Origin: the human T2T-CHM13v2.0 reference genome, Homo sapiens
Assembly: GCF_009914755.1 (NCBI RefSeq)
Contig: NC_060927.1
Reading direction: 5' to 3' (one strand)
Length of the DNA: 64,000 bases
Shown piece by piece: positions 12,846-27,655 of this stretch (its first letter is position 1; each line of letters opens with the position of its first letter). A model generated the notes under the pieces. The model was not told the origin of the DNA. It ran no database searches and saw only the letters and a program-made list of their open reading frames with translations. The position numbers and the translations under genes are program-made.

Positions 12846-13008
12846 CAGGTGACTTCATGGGAGTGCAACCCGAGCCCCGGGCTCAGAAGGGTCTCATGCT
12901 TGGTATAAGTCTTTGCCATTGCTGTCTTAAAATTCTTAATGATTTTTGAAAAAGGGGCCACTCATTTTTACTTTGCACTGGTCCCTGCAAATTATGAAGC
13001 TTGCCCGG
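12846..13008 (+). mobile_element. MER91A-like (hAT-Tip100) MITE
   Basis: 'cttcatgggagtgcaacc...gctcagaaggg...aaattcttaat...tttgcactggtccctgcaaattatg' matches the recalled MER91A consensus. Confidence 0.75.
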
Positions 13009-13196
13009 GGTAAGAATTATGCATAAGGACTATGAGTTATCAAATCATTTTTGTCATTGTACTCATAAAATAGTCTGTGCCAAAAAACATGAAGTGACAA
13101 TTCTTCTAGATGTACTTTTTACATTTTCCCAATTGCTTTTGTTTGCAGCCTCAGCACCATTTACGCTCAGAAGTGCACTTGGAGAAGTTTCATTAC

Positions 13197-13400
13197 CATC
13201 AGAACGTAGCACCAAAGGAGTTGGAGAGCCCAGCACTCGGGCATTTGTCACCATACTTGTCACCACACATGTGTAATTTCCCACATCAGACGGCTCCACC
13301 TTAGATATGTAGAGGTGCCCTGTCTCCTGGGAGACAAATCTCCGACTATCTTCTTCAACAAACGATGGGTATTCATTGAAGATCCAAGCATATGACAGTT
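13197..13400 (-). CDS. CNTN3: Contactin-3 coding exon (C-terminal half of Ig2), 204 nt, phase 1-1
   Basis: Minus strand ttattag|AACTGTCATAT...TCTGATG|gtaatg. Translates (E)[67 protein letters not shown](G), matching contactin-3 as I recall it; contains the Ig DxGxYxC motif. Confidence 0.97.
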
Positions 13401-13649
13401 CTAATAAAATTGTTGAAGAGAGAAAGAAATTCCATCATTAAGGACAGTTTTCCATTGTGTCCTTAATGTATCTATACAAACATCAACTTTACTTCCAAGT
13501 AGTGCTGAGTGTTTTTGTTGCAGGCCATGAAGAGAAGCAGTTAAGTGAAATAACTCTCAATTTATTCTTTATTATTATAGAGGACACCGTTGATTAGCAT
13601 CCTGGTGGGAGCAATATTATTACTGTCATAATATCTCTGCTTCAGACAC

Positions 13650-14280
13650 CTTCTAACAAGCTTCTCTGGTCTTGCTCAGTTTTAGTTCATATCTCCATCC
13701 TGCCTCTACCATGATATTTCAAAATTAACAATCTAATCATGTCAATTCCTGACATCAAACTTGGCAAAGTTCTTTAACCTCTCAGGCATCATGCAAAATT
13801 GCTTAACCTGAATATGAGGCCCTTCATGGTTAAGGTCCTGCTCAAAACCTTAGCCTCGGAGAAGCCCCATGCTCTCTTTTGTCCCTGAGTCTTTTGCACG
13901 TGCTGCTTCTGGGGCCTACAACTCCTGTTGTCTCTGTCCTGTCTTTGGCTTTCTCTACTTTCAACACCAACCACATTCTTTGAGATAACCTTCAAATGGT
14001 TTTCAAAGCTTGGTTCCAACATCAGGAATCACCTCCTCAAGTGAACTCTCCTTTAATCCTCCTTCTCTGGGTTGATGCTCCTATACAGAGTAATTCTAAG
14101 CTTATTTCAACTAAAACGCTTATCAGTATGTAACATTCTGCTTACTTGTCTGTCCTCCTATCACTTGTTAAACAAGCAATGTTAGTTTTTATTTCACCTG
14201 CCCTTCCCCCTCCTCCAAATTAGCAAAATGAAACACTCAAAGGCACTTAGTAGGGCCTCAATAAAGATTCATGGAGTTAG
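13650..14280 (+). mobile_element. L2 LINE 3' fragment
   Basis: Degenerate L2 3' end ('atcacctcctcaagtgaactctcc', 'gcacttagtagggcctcaataaa'). Confidence 0.6.
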
Positions 14281-15914
14281 TTAAGGATACAATTATGCTA
14301 CTGACTAACATCTATGTAAAGTACAGTATGAGAGTTTTCTTGAACTTTATGGCCAAGGTGAATCAGTTTTCTGCAAAGGAACCATTGTTCTTCTCTTTTA
14401 TGATAATGAGGGCTAGATAATAATACGCCACTTTGTTCTGGAGGCCCAGGTTGTTCAGCGCCAAGTTGAGATTTAAGCACGGTTACTGTGGTTGGCTTAT
14501 TGGCTTCCTGCTTTCCTGAGCCCTATTTTCTCTTAGTTGCATTAACTCTACTGTATTGATTCATTACTGTAGTGCTTTCCCAATAGAGTTTAAAAAAAAA
14601 AAAACTTTTGGAAAACATGGAATCAAAATAAATTTAATGAATAACAAGTTTAAATATATTTAAGAGATAATTCCTATGGTGAAGGTCTTTCTTTTTGGTA
14701 AAGGGAACAGTAAATCAATATGCAAATAACAATGAGATAAGGAGAAGGGTTAGATGAGAGCTCCCATGAGTTTTAGAGGAAGGACAGGTGCCATTCTTTC
14801 ATGGCTGAAGAACAGGCCTTAAAGGACAGGAGAACACCCCAACAAGCAGGGATAAAAGCACTCCAAGTAGAGTGAAGAACATGAGAAAAGGCCAGCAGAG
14901 AAGAGAACATGCTAAGGACCTAGAAGAAATAAAACATGATGACTAATTCCCATTCACGATGCAAATGCAAATGCTTGATGTTTCCAAAAATTAGCAAGCC
15001 AATTGCAAATTATACAGACATCCAGAAACATTGGTTTTAACCTCAAACTGATCTTTAAATCATGCTGTCATATTGGTATAATGTTTCATGAAATTTCAGT
15101 CAGTCATGTGATAAGTTGTGAGCTCTAAAGTCACTTATCGGGTTGTATGAAACAAATGCATCTCAAACATTATGGTTATTCTCAGGCCTATCCTGATGAT
15201 GCTTTTCTCTTGCAATAGTATTGAATAAACCATAGAGGAAAATAATACTAGCAAGGTAGGTTGAGTTTGTTCTGCAGTTGTTAAAACTGGCAGCTGTTGT
15301 AGCAAGAGCCCTTCAGGGTCTTCCTGCTGCTCCGGCAACCTCACTTTGCAGTAAAGGAGGGAAAGCAATCTTTCTCTGCTTTCCAAAGTGTTCCACACAT
15401 GAAACTAACAAGGTTGTCCTTCTCCCTTTTACCCAGCCAGATATCTACTGTTCTCCAATATAGCAGGCCTTAGCAGGGCATTAGGAATAAAAAGTCAATC
15501 CTATTAACCCAGTTTATACCAAAAAGAATGGTTGAGAAAAAGAACTCTGACTCAGAGTCAGAAAACCTAAAATCTGGTGAATTCATGCAAGATAATATTA
15601 TACAGTAATAAGAATATATGAACAATAACTCCATGCAACACTTGGAATAAATATCACAAATATAATTCTGATTGAAAATGTTCAACTCAAAATGTTTGCA
15701 TAACTCCCTTTATAATGTTTATTTTAATCCAAAGGTTAACATTATTGATACTTAAAACATTATTATGTAGTTATAGAGATACTGTGGTGGCTTTGCCTAT
15801 ATGACACAGGAAATGACTGACTGGTAGAAGAAGGAAGGAAGCCAAAATTAAAATCATTTTAAGGCTGCTCCCAAAATGAACATGAAGTGGATATGTACAA
15901 ATCAAGGTGCAGAC

Positions 15915-16380
15915 TGGTGCAGACATGGAGGTTCCCCCTTAGGTTTCACTTCAAGAGAACCTAAAGCACAGAACACAGTTGACTGATGGCCTCTACCTGC
16001 TACCCCAGGAGCACTGTGGCCACACACCTCCCTGCGCTGCTCCTAGTACTGAACTGAATGGAGGTGCTAATGCTGGCTCGTTCCTGCCCCATGAAGGATT
16101 TCTCTAACGGGCAATTTTGGCTCGGCAACTCCCCATTTTTACAGCTACAGCATCCTCAGAACTGTGCTGCAGTCTGACATTCTTCCTAAGCAAGTTTTCC
16201 TCCCCACTCTTTGTTCACCAACATGGGACCTGACTCGCAGTCTGAGGCTCTCTGCCCATTTCTGCTCCTTCACCTTTTTTCCAGTTTTTTTTTTTTAATA
16301 AAAAAACTTCTCCAGTTTCTTTTTATAAGTCTGATCCTTTAGTCCCATCTTGGTGTATGTGTCTCAGGGAATCTCAACAT
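15915..16380 (+). mobile_element. LTR16-like ERVL solo LTR
   Basis: 'ggatttctctaacgggcaa...tcagaactgtgctgcagtctga', AATAAA, terminal 'cccatcttggtgtatgtgtctcagggaatctcaac'. Confidence 0.65.
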
Positions 16381-17397
16381 GGGGTTTCTGAAATTGAGTA
16401 ACAGACTCTCCTCTGTATTTAAAATTTCTCCTCCCTGTTGAATTCTGAAAGAATGCCCATTTTCATTGACTTCCTTTCCTAGGAGTAACTGTCCCTCTCC
16501 CCAGTTTCCACTGAGACAATCCCCTCATGTCACTCCCATTCTTTAAATACGCAAACTGACTCCTGATTGATTCTTGGTACCTGCCCTGCAGACAAGTGAA
16601 GGCAAGACAGCAACCCAGAGAAAAACAGTGTGAGGCTACTCTGAGATTCCCACTGAAGGAAGAAGAAAAAATTCACCATTTACAGATTTCACCACCAAAG
16701 AAGAAAATATTTCACCATCTCCATGGGCCAAATTGCTGTCCAGCCCTAAACCTTCATATAAAATTTGAAAACAAATGGAAAGAAGCTTCTGCTTTGTAGA
16801 AGTTAGGATTTCTGCATCCTTCATTTAGGAATTAGTGTAATCAGGCAAATTAGGAGGTCTATCTCAGAGTGGTATACTAATATCCCTTGAATTACACTGG
16901 ACTTACATTCTTGAACAACCATTCAATGCAAAATTTCAGTGATCCATATAAAACTGTCCAGAAAATACACATCCTATATACTTCATAGTATTGAAAGCCA
17001 TTTTAAAAAATGGTTTTATAAACACTCCCTTTCTCTTTGTATCTCAGCAGCACAGTAAGCATAATTTTATATTAAAAGCACAATAATATGGTCTACCTAT
17101 TGAAATGATATGTAACTGAATAATCCAATGATCTTCCTCTACCGATTCTCCCAAACACAACCCCAGGAAATCAAGAGAGTAAAGATCCTTGACGAACAAC
17201 AAAGAAAAACTAACTCTAAGGTTTTCAGCTTGGATAAATGGAAGAAACAGGAAAAGTAGGAGGAGCCACTCTGGGGCTGGAAAAAGGTATAGTAAAAATA
17301 GTTTTTGAGACTCAGACAGAGGATCTAGACACAAATGTTCAGTGAGTGGCTGGGAGATTCAAATGTAAGCTTAAGAGAGAGTCTGGGCCTAATATTG

Positions 17398-17903
17398 GTG
17401 GGGTAGGCAGAATAAATGTCCCCAGAAAAAGTCGACATTCTAATGCCTGAAACCTGAAAATATGTTACTTGACATGACAAGGGGTAATCCACAGACACGA
17501 TTAAGTTAAAGATCATTTGAGGGGAACAATCTTGGGTTCCAGATGGGCCTAATGTAAACCCAAGAGTCCTTATAAGAGAGAGGCAGGAGGGTCACAGTAA
17601 GGGAAAAGGAAACGTGACCACAGAACCAGGTATGGTAGTCAGAGAATGACATTTCAAGATGCTGTGCTCTTGGTTTGAAGATGGAGAAAGAGACCATGAC
17701 CTAAGGAGTGCAGGTGGCCACTGGAAGCCAGAAAGGCAGAAAAACAGATTGCCTCCTTGAAACTCCATAAGCAACATAGGCCTGCCAATTTCTTGATTTT
17801 TAGCCAAGTGAAACTGATTTTGGACTTTGGACCTCCAGAACTGTAAGAGAATAAATTTGTGTTGTAGTAATTTGTTTCAAGAGCAATAGGGAAGTAATGT
17901 ACA
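17398..17903 (+). mobile_element. MLT1D-like solo LTR (complete)
   Basis: Starts 'gtaggcagaataaatgtcccc', contains 'gacctccagaactgtaagagaataaatttgtgttg', ends 'gcaatagggaagtaatgtaca'. Confidence 0.85.
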
Positions 17904-18825
17904 TGGCAAAGGTGATTAAGTTAGCCATCTCGCTGTGAATTCTGGTAGGCCCACTGTAATCACCAGGGTGCTTAGAAGGGAAAGAGAGGGGCAGGAGAGT
18001 CAAAGAAGGAGGTATGACTACACCAGCAGAGGTCTAAGCCATACAATCACTTGCTGGTGGCCAAGAGCAAAGGAACACGGGCAGCCTCTAGAAACTGCAA
18101 AAGGGAAGGAAATGGATTCTCCCCTGGAGCCCCAAGGAACAAAGCCCTGCTGACACCTTGATGTGAGCCCATTGAGACTTGCGTTGGACTTCTAATCCAC
18201 AGAACTGTAAGGGAACAAATGTGTGTTGTTTAAAGCAGGGGTGCCCAATCCCCCTGGTTCATGGACCAGTACTGGTCTGTGGCCTGTTAGGAACCAGGCC
18301 ACACAGCAGGAGGTGAGCAGTGAGCAAGCAAGCAAAGCTTCATCTGTATTTACAGCTGCTCCCCATTGCTCACGTTACCTCCTGAGCTCTGCCTCCTGTC
18401 AGATCAGCAGCAGCATTAGATTCTCATAGGAGCACAAACCCTACTGTGAACCGAACATGTGAGGGATCTAGGTTGTGTGCTCCTTATGAAAATCTAATGC
18501 CTGCTGATCTGTCACTGTCTCCCATCACCCCTAGATGGGGCCATCCAGTTGCAGGAAAACAAGCTCAGGGCTCCCAGTGATTCTACATTACAGTGAGTTG
18601 TATAATTATTATATATTACAATGTAATAATAACAGAAATAAAGTACACCATAGATAAATGTAATGTGCTTGAATAATCCCCAAACTCTCCCTGACACCCA
18701 CCCCAGTCCATGGAAAAAAATTCATCCACAAAACAGATCCCAGGTGCCAAAAAGTTTGGGGACTGCTGACTTAAAGCCACTAAGTTTGTAGTAATTTGTT
18801 ATATTGGCAATAGGAAATTCACACA
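17904..18825 (+). mobile_element. Second, 5'-truncated MLT1 LTR interrupted by MER1A
   Basis: MLT1 sequence runs to 'gtgttgtttaaag' (18235) and resumes as 'ccactaagtttgtagtaatttgtt' at 18777. Confidence 0.8.
18236..18768 (+). mobile_element. MER1A (hAT-Charlie), full length
   Basis: Termini caggggtgcccaa...ttggggactgctg; internal 'tcagatcagcagcagcattagattctcataggagc'; degraded 8-bp TSD gtttaaag/acttaaag. Confidence 0.92.
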
Positions 18826-20575
18826 AATAATGATGATAGCTAACAATGATCAAGTGTTTGTTAAATGCCAGGTATAGTGCTAAGTGCTTTGGCTAGAATT
18901 TTCAAAAAAACAAACAAACAAAAAAAACAGATGAACAGAGACAAAAAAAAAAAAATTAAAGAAAGGCTGTAATTGGAAAGCCTCAAGAAGAATCAGATTT
19001 TATTTAATATGATTATAAGATCAATATAATGTTGAGGTATTCCAAAAGAGATATCAAACTACAACCCCCAAACAAATAGTGATTGATTACTTTTTTCAAA
19101 GATTCACACCCTTAAAGACATAGAAAAAAATCAAATTTGCATTGAATAGAGTTGTACACTGTCATGAGAGGTATGGAGAAATTTGTAGCACCTATCTTTG
19201 TTTATAGACTCTTTGAGATAGAATGAAACATAACTTTTATGTCTTAGAGAGAAGAGCTGCACTAACTTTTCATTTATTGCCTCTATGACTATGTTTATAT
19301 ATATATGTACATATATATCATTCTGACTGAAAATATTTGAGAATAATGTGATTTATGCATTATGAATATAGTAAAAAAGTCTACGGTAATACTATCATAT
19401 CAGAGTTTACTTATCATAAAAATCTGCATTTGCAATAAATGTTAATTGTATCACAGCAAAATCTGTATCAAATCAGCATTCTTTGGAGATTTCTCAAAAT
19501 CATTTTATGTACTACGATAAATAAAAAGCTGTAATAAAAATGATAATTTGATATACTCAAACAAGCTAGTCTTTACAAAACCTTTCACAACCTCCTGTGT
19601 AAATCACAAGCACATTATGCCAAACGATTTGGCCAGTGGGCTTTCTATTAACAATGCTATGTGAATACTAGGAATATGAATTTTTTTAATTCAAAAGTCA
19701 AAAAGTTTTGCCAATCAAAGCTATAAATTTAAAAAATGAGGTCCTGAAACTGCTTTCTAAAAAGTAATATGTGATGAATGGCATTCTGCCTCTAGCTATA
19801 TTCCTTCCCTGGTCACTTAAGTATAAGACCAGTCAATTTAACATGAAATATGTCACTCTGGTGTTTATCTGGAGATACACTAATACATATAATACTGACA
19901 TTCAAGTTTTTATCTGTAGTTCCATTGTAAAATTATATTATGAAGGAGATTTAATCCTTCTATGGCCACTTTCCAGAAGAAATTCTGTCAAACAAAATTG
20001 CAGTTAGGCAAAATTTAAAAGTAACTTGGGCCATTTTCTGTGATGCCAACTGGGAAGTCTGACCTACTTTAAAACAAAGCATATTTAAAAGTGTGTGAAA
20101 GCTTGCTTGATGTCATTCAAGATTTTTATCACCGATTCATACAATCAGGAAGAGAATTTTGCTCTGATGCTTACAAATCACACCACTTTGGTGGAAAGTC
20201 TGGGATGCAGTATGTACTCAATGATCTAAAACAATGTAGAAAACTAAGGATAATTTAAGGTTCAAATAACACATAGTCAATGGTTAGGATTGAAGAGTCC
20301 GCACTGTAAACCGAAAGACATCTATCAGCATGTTTAACATTTCGTTGCATTATCTTTTAAAAGCTGTATTGTAAGTTGTTGCTTTGTGGATGACACTATT
20401 ATATATTGTATGTTTCTTTGTTTTGACTATAAATGTCTACTAATCCATTCTGATTTAGGATACTACCAAGTCTGACTTGCGAGGGTCCTAAGATAAGGAG
20501 AACAATGACCAAGGAGGAAAAACATTAAAAATGCTATTTCCTTTCTCACCTCATATTTTAGGGCTGGTTCTAGGC

Positions 20576-20768
20576 CACAGGTTAGTGAACTAAGACTTGC
20601 CTGCTTTGTTAACTAAATATATTGGAACACAATCACACTCATTCAATTACTATTGTCTGTGGCTGCTTTTATGCTAATAAAGAGTTAAGCAGATGTAAAA
20701 GAGACTGCATGGTTCGTAAAGCTTAAAATGTTTATCTGGTCTTTTAAGAAAAGGTTTGTTGAACCTTG
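20576..20768. mobile_element. MER58A-like (hAT-Charlie) element
   Basis: 'attggaacacaatcacactcattc...gtctgtggctgctttt'; 8-bp TSD ttctaggc/tcctaggc. Confidence 0.8.
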
Positions 20769-20973
20769 TCCTAGGCCAGTGATATCTAGAGATCAAGTTA
20801 TGAGCTTAACATTCCCTTAACTGTCTTATTTTATTTTTTCCCTTCTTGCTTTTGTAGGGCTACCATGGTGTCCTAACTCCTACACGAAGCTTCACAAAGC
20901 TCATGCTAGGCCCCTAAGACTTTGGTACTCACTATTTCCTTTTTCTCTCTCTTGTTTTAGTCTCTGCTTTTAG

Positions 20974-21450
<477 letters not shown>

Positions 21451-23044
21451 TAACAAATGTCTCTTTCCTGGTGCCACGGCTGCTGCTATTGATATAGCAA
21501 TGTCCTTCACGTACCCAACTGAAGTGCTTACCTTCATATCTGTAAATGCAAAAAATGTGAAGAGCAACTCTGGAAGCTAGTTTGTATTTTTGCTTGCATT
21601 CTGTATCCTTTCTTTTTCTCATGAGGAATTATTTTAAAGAGAACATCTCCTCTCCTATCTCCAGTTGAAGTTCTTTCGGTGGGACTGACTACCCTTCACT
21701 CCTTGCTCCAAAGACATCTCAAGATGAAGAAGTGTAATGATGGGACCAAATTCAAAGACACTCAAAACAGGATGCCCAGCAATGGCTTGGGGGGACTGAA
21801 GAGGACTAGCAACAGCATTGGCAAGACATTTATTGACCTCCTTCCTTTGGCAAGGCTGCTAAAGAGGCATGGCATTGCTAAAGAAAGGAGTTTAAATTTT
21901 CACAGCAGAGAATGCGACATAGTGAGAGCTGGATAGAGTTATTGTAATATTTTATGAAACTTAGACAATTCCCTCATGCCACAGCCTCAAGCTTGCAGTT
22001 CCTGCAACCTCCAGCTTGTACCTGGACTTTCTGGTACAGTGATGAGACTCAAGAAAAGATTCCCAAAACGACAGCACTGGCACTTCAGATAGAACGAACT
22101 GGGAAATACAATGCATTTCTTCTCTACTTCCTCATTTTCAGTATCAAAATGTACCTTTTCAAAAGAGTTCAGAGTCCTTGAAAATGCTAGAAAGCAATCT
22201 TAAGATTAGCTCCAAACCAAAATGCTGTCAACACTGGACATTTCACTGCCAAGACCTGCTTTGTGTGCTGAAAGAAAGTGCTTTGTAATAGCACATTTTG
22301 CACATAGCCACGCTTGATACAATGTGCATTTTGGTGTGCAGATCTTAAATTTACGCCAAACCCTTTTGCCAGACTGGCACTTTCCTCATCGCTTATATTG
22401 AATAGCAAGCATTTTCTATGACTTCAGTGACAGTAAATAACAATTTCTTTTTCAGTTCAGTCCTGGAGAAGATAAAGAAGCTTACATCTCATGGGAGTGC
22501 TAATTGTAGACAATTATGATTTGATTGACCTGCCTTGCTATTAAAATGGCATGCAAAATTTACACTGCCCTTGCAAAATGGAAATTTTCTTTAGTACAAC
22601 CTAACTATGGAAAGCCCATCCTTTAATGAATCCAAACGTAGTGCTTCTGGTTTATCATTCCCACACCAACTCTCAGAACCTAACTCCAGAGAGGGGCTTC
22701 ATCAGTTTGCAAGTGATACAAAAGAACCATACAGACAGGGAAAATGTGCAATAAAATATCTGAAATAATTAAGGGCTAGTGAATAAAGGTGCTGCGTCAC
22801 AATAACACTGTCCATTCCACATTACATCTCATTTTCTTTTATCAAAATTTAAACTCTTTCCTTTAAGGAATGTCATGGGGGCTTCATTGTTCTCATCTTG
22901 CATTACGGGTGATTTTTAAAAGCTTAATAAAATGTCCATTTTCACTGGTAAACAGAAATGAGGTCATTAGCAGAAGATGAAGTTGCCCTGCCAAATTACA
23001 AGGGTCTTCTTACCAGGGACAATGAACGACTCCTTAGAAAGCTG

Positions 23045-23063
23045 GAGAAATTGTTTTTTTTTT

Positions 23064-23101
<38 letters not shown>

Positions 23102-23128
23102 GCACACATAAACACACACGCACGCACA
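23045..23128. repeat. Compound T/(CT)n/(CA)n microsatellite
   Basis: Directly visible. Confidence 0.9.
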
Positions 23129-23926
23129 GTACTTTTGTCCATTAGTAGCACATCAAACTATTCATCAGAGTTAAACACCATTAAAAAAAACCCTTATCTT
23201 AAAAGGAATCTTTTATTTTTTCTGAATGATAACTTTTCTGAATCGGTTAAAATAATAAGTGATGGCTTCATTATAAATTGCACAATTAAAATATATCAGA
23301 GCAACCTGACATTTAAGAAATAGTGGCTATATAAGTACATGATTATGAAAGGATATGCAATTATGTCTGGATATGCAAAATAAACATGACAAAAAAATGC
23401 CCCTAGAAATCAATAATCAAAAGTAATCCCAGTCTGCCCTTCAAACCAGTAGGTCTCTATAAATGCTAATTTCTTTAGGCATTAAAGGATATGCTGGAGA
23501 CTTCATAGCTGCTTCAGGTTCAAGTCAAATACAGATAGTAGTTTTATAGGCTTTGAGAAAAGTGATAGAAAAGAGTAATAAAAATAGTGTTTGTACTACC
23601 TCAGTAATAAATATATATGTTTATACATACATTTATTCCTACCCCCCTACACTATCTTTCCAATCCTTGTCTATCTTGGCTATGGAGATATGTCCAGGAA
23701 AAATATCTATCACTCTATGACTCTGTAGAAAAGTCTTTCAAAGCCTGAAAAAATAATTGCAACAGCCTTTATGCAATTTTAATAATTTAGCTAAAAAAAA
23801 GCCCTCCTGATGTTACAGAGAAATATGCATGAAGAAATACAAGGTTACTGCTCAAATTCAGATTTCAGTGAAAATTCTCATTTGTTTAATGTTTGAGTCT
23901 TAAAAAACTTTAAAATAATATTTATT

Positions 23927-24850
<924 letters not shown>

Positions 24851-25479
24851 GAAATGGTCTCTTTCTGATCTTTGATTGAAAGTAGTTTTTACGTTGACCA
24901 ATTGGCCTTTTTATCAAATCCTCCATTGTCATTATTTTATATTTGATACTTTCCTATCAATTGCCCCTTCTTTACAGTATACATCAATGCAATAAATAAT
25001 TTCTGATCAATTAAAGATTTACCCCTGAAGAAATAGCTGATTCAGAGTCTAATTCAGAGTCTCTTTCACAATTTCCACTACTTGGGAATAAGGAACAGTT
25101 AGACAGTGGGAAGTGAAAATTAGCAAAAACATGAAACTTGCCTTTATTCTACTCATACCCTGTTCTTATGAGCCTCCTGGAAATGATGCTGTTTATGTCA
25201 TTTAAATGATATAAAGACACTTCATTCTAAAAATAATTTCTAGTAGTAGCCATATTCTTGTTATTTAAATGGGTTTTCTTTCTCCCTATTATATTTTTCA
25301 ACACTCCACCTATCTAGTTACCAGCGCACCATTTTAAGTAATAGATGCGTGTTGAATGGGTCAATAAAGGTAAAGATGTAAGAATGAATGAGAGGCATCC
25401 TGATGTACCACATGTCAAAGGCAAAATTTTAACCAAGGAATTCTATAATACTATATTTCAGGGCTATGCAGATCTCAGA

Positions 25480-25812
<333 letters not shown>

Positions 25813-27499
25813 TAATCTGATTCTTGCTCTAATATAAAAATACTGAATTGATTGAATATTGGCTTCATTGTGATTTTCGAAATTACAGAACAGTTCACTG
25901 AGGCAGATAGAGTTACAGAAATAAAAGCAAATGTGTCCTAATTCGACTTCAAAGCAGTGGCTCAGCTCATTTTTGCCTGAGGCAGAAAGCTTTCAAAGCT
26001 CATGCCATAGTCCTCAATTGGTAGAAAGGGCATTGGCCTTTCAAGCCAAACTGAATATTTAATATAATCTAAATATGATGGTTCTATTTACAGTTATCCC
26101 TAGGCTGTAGTAAAGTTTACATTTACTACTTAAATAATTTTCTTTCTGTTTATATTTTTCAAAAAAGAAACAACTATAATAGAAGTTATAAGAGCACTGT
26201 CCCCTGACATTTTTTAGTTCCAACTATATTTACCGGAAACAAACAATACAAGGAAATGCAGGGCAACCACCTGCTCCCTCTTCCACGCATTCTTGTATAA
26301 AGCAATTCTAATAAAGGAAACAGATCTCCTTGTGAAAAGAAAAAGCAGCAATCATGTGAGTATTCTTCCGCCAACATGATAAAACGCTTTTCTTTCCAAG
26401 AAGCAAATATGTAGAACTGCAGTAAAAGAGCATTAGATTCTGCCTTGATCAAAGTCCAGAATAAACTTACCTAGGAATTCTAATCTGTTTGATACAAATG
26501 CTCATTGATTCTCTTTCAAATGGAGAAATATTGAACTTTATTTCTTCAACTAGTGATTCAATATTACATTTTCCATTTATTCTCCCTATTTTCCAAATAA
26601 ATTCCTATTAAACAAGTTGTCCTGATGATTTACCTTGGTTTTTGACAATTCTTTTTCTTAATATTAACTGAGGTAATATAAAGATCTTTTCTGTCATTTA
26701 CACTTTGGCAGTTCATATTCTGTTACAAGTAAAAGAAACACATCTATTTTGGTTACTCTGTGGGACTTGAGTCCTCTGTTTCTAGACACTTTTTCTGTCT
26801 TTTCTGAGACCATATGCTGTATAGGGCTCTGGGAATTACTGAACTGCTCATATTTGTTTTGTACCAAATTTTATCTCAACAACATATCTTCTGGGATATT
26901 TATAAGTATGTTTATTTCTTTCATCCCTTTATTTCATTAATTCAATTAGTTGATCTTCCGCTGGCATGTACTGAAGGGCCTTTCTAGGTTCTGATTTGAA
27001 TGTGTGAAATCACAGGCTATTTAGAGTGCCATGTTTTAGATCAAGCAACCTCATAGCTATATTTTATTTCTGTCACTCGTAGACACTTATCTTACTTGGG
27101 CTCTGATAAAAATAATAAATTTTATCACTTCTTGTTAGAGAAGGATTTTTCAAATTCAAATTAGCGAATTTTCTTTTGCACCATTTGGTCCCCAGAGGAA
27201 ATGTGAAAAAAGGCAATGAGAACAGTCTTAGGAACAAGGATTTGGCCATCATCCCCTAGGGTGCTGGATGACCTTTAATGGTGGCTAGTAGACAGAACAT
27301 AGAACATCTCTCCAAATTTCCTTTTGTCCTCTTATATATGAATATATGAAGGGAAGTTTCTCTGTCACTTAACAAGGAGAAACAACAAAGCTAATGTAGA
27401 GAACAGAAATTCAGAGTACAAAATACTGTTTAAGGACACAAAAGTGTTTGACTATTGCTATCTCTGATCGTTAAAGTAACCTGAAATGAGCTTTTTGCG

Positions 27500-27655
27500 T
27501 AATTTTGGAAAGAGGACAGACCTCTGCATTGGAGTCATAGGATTTGAGGTTTACACTTGTCTTTGTCCTCTAGGTATGTGCCCTTTGATAAATTCATTTA
27601 AACTCTCTGGTCTCAGCTTTTTCTCTTACCTGAAAAATGAGAGGGTTGCACGAGA
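27500..27655 (+). mobile_element. MIR SINE
   Basis: 'tcatttaaactctctggtctcagctttttctcttacctgaaaaatgagagggttg' is a mutated MIR core. Confidence 0.6.

Noticed and set aside
13001-13304. Plus-strand ORFs overlapping a CNTN3 exon
   Set aside because: Antisense shadows of the real coding exon with no independent support.
13197-13400. Alternative identity as CNTN4, CNTN5 or CNTN6
   Set aside because: The peptides match my recollection of CNTN3 across all six exons; a BLASTP search would confirm.
26471-26719. Possible 249-nt cassette exon (TAACAG| ... TAG|GTAAGT)
   Set aside because: In-frame TGA within 9 codons, and such pseudo-exons are common in long introns; as a recursive site the AG at 26471 lacks a pyrimidine tract.
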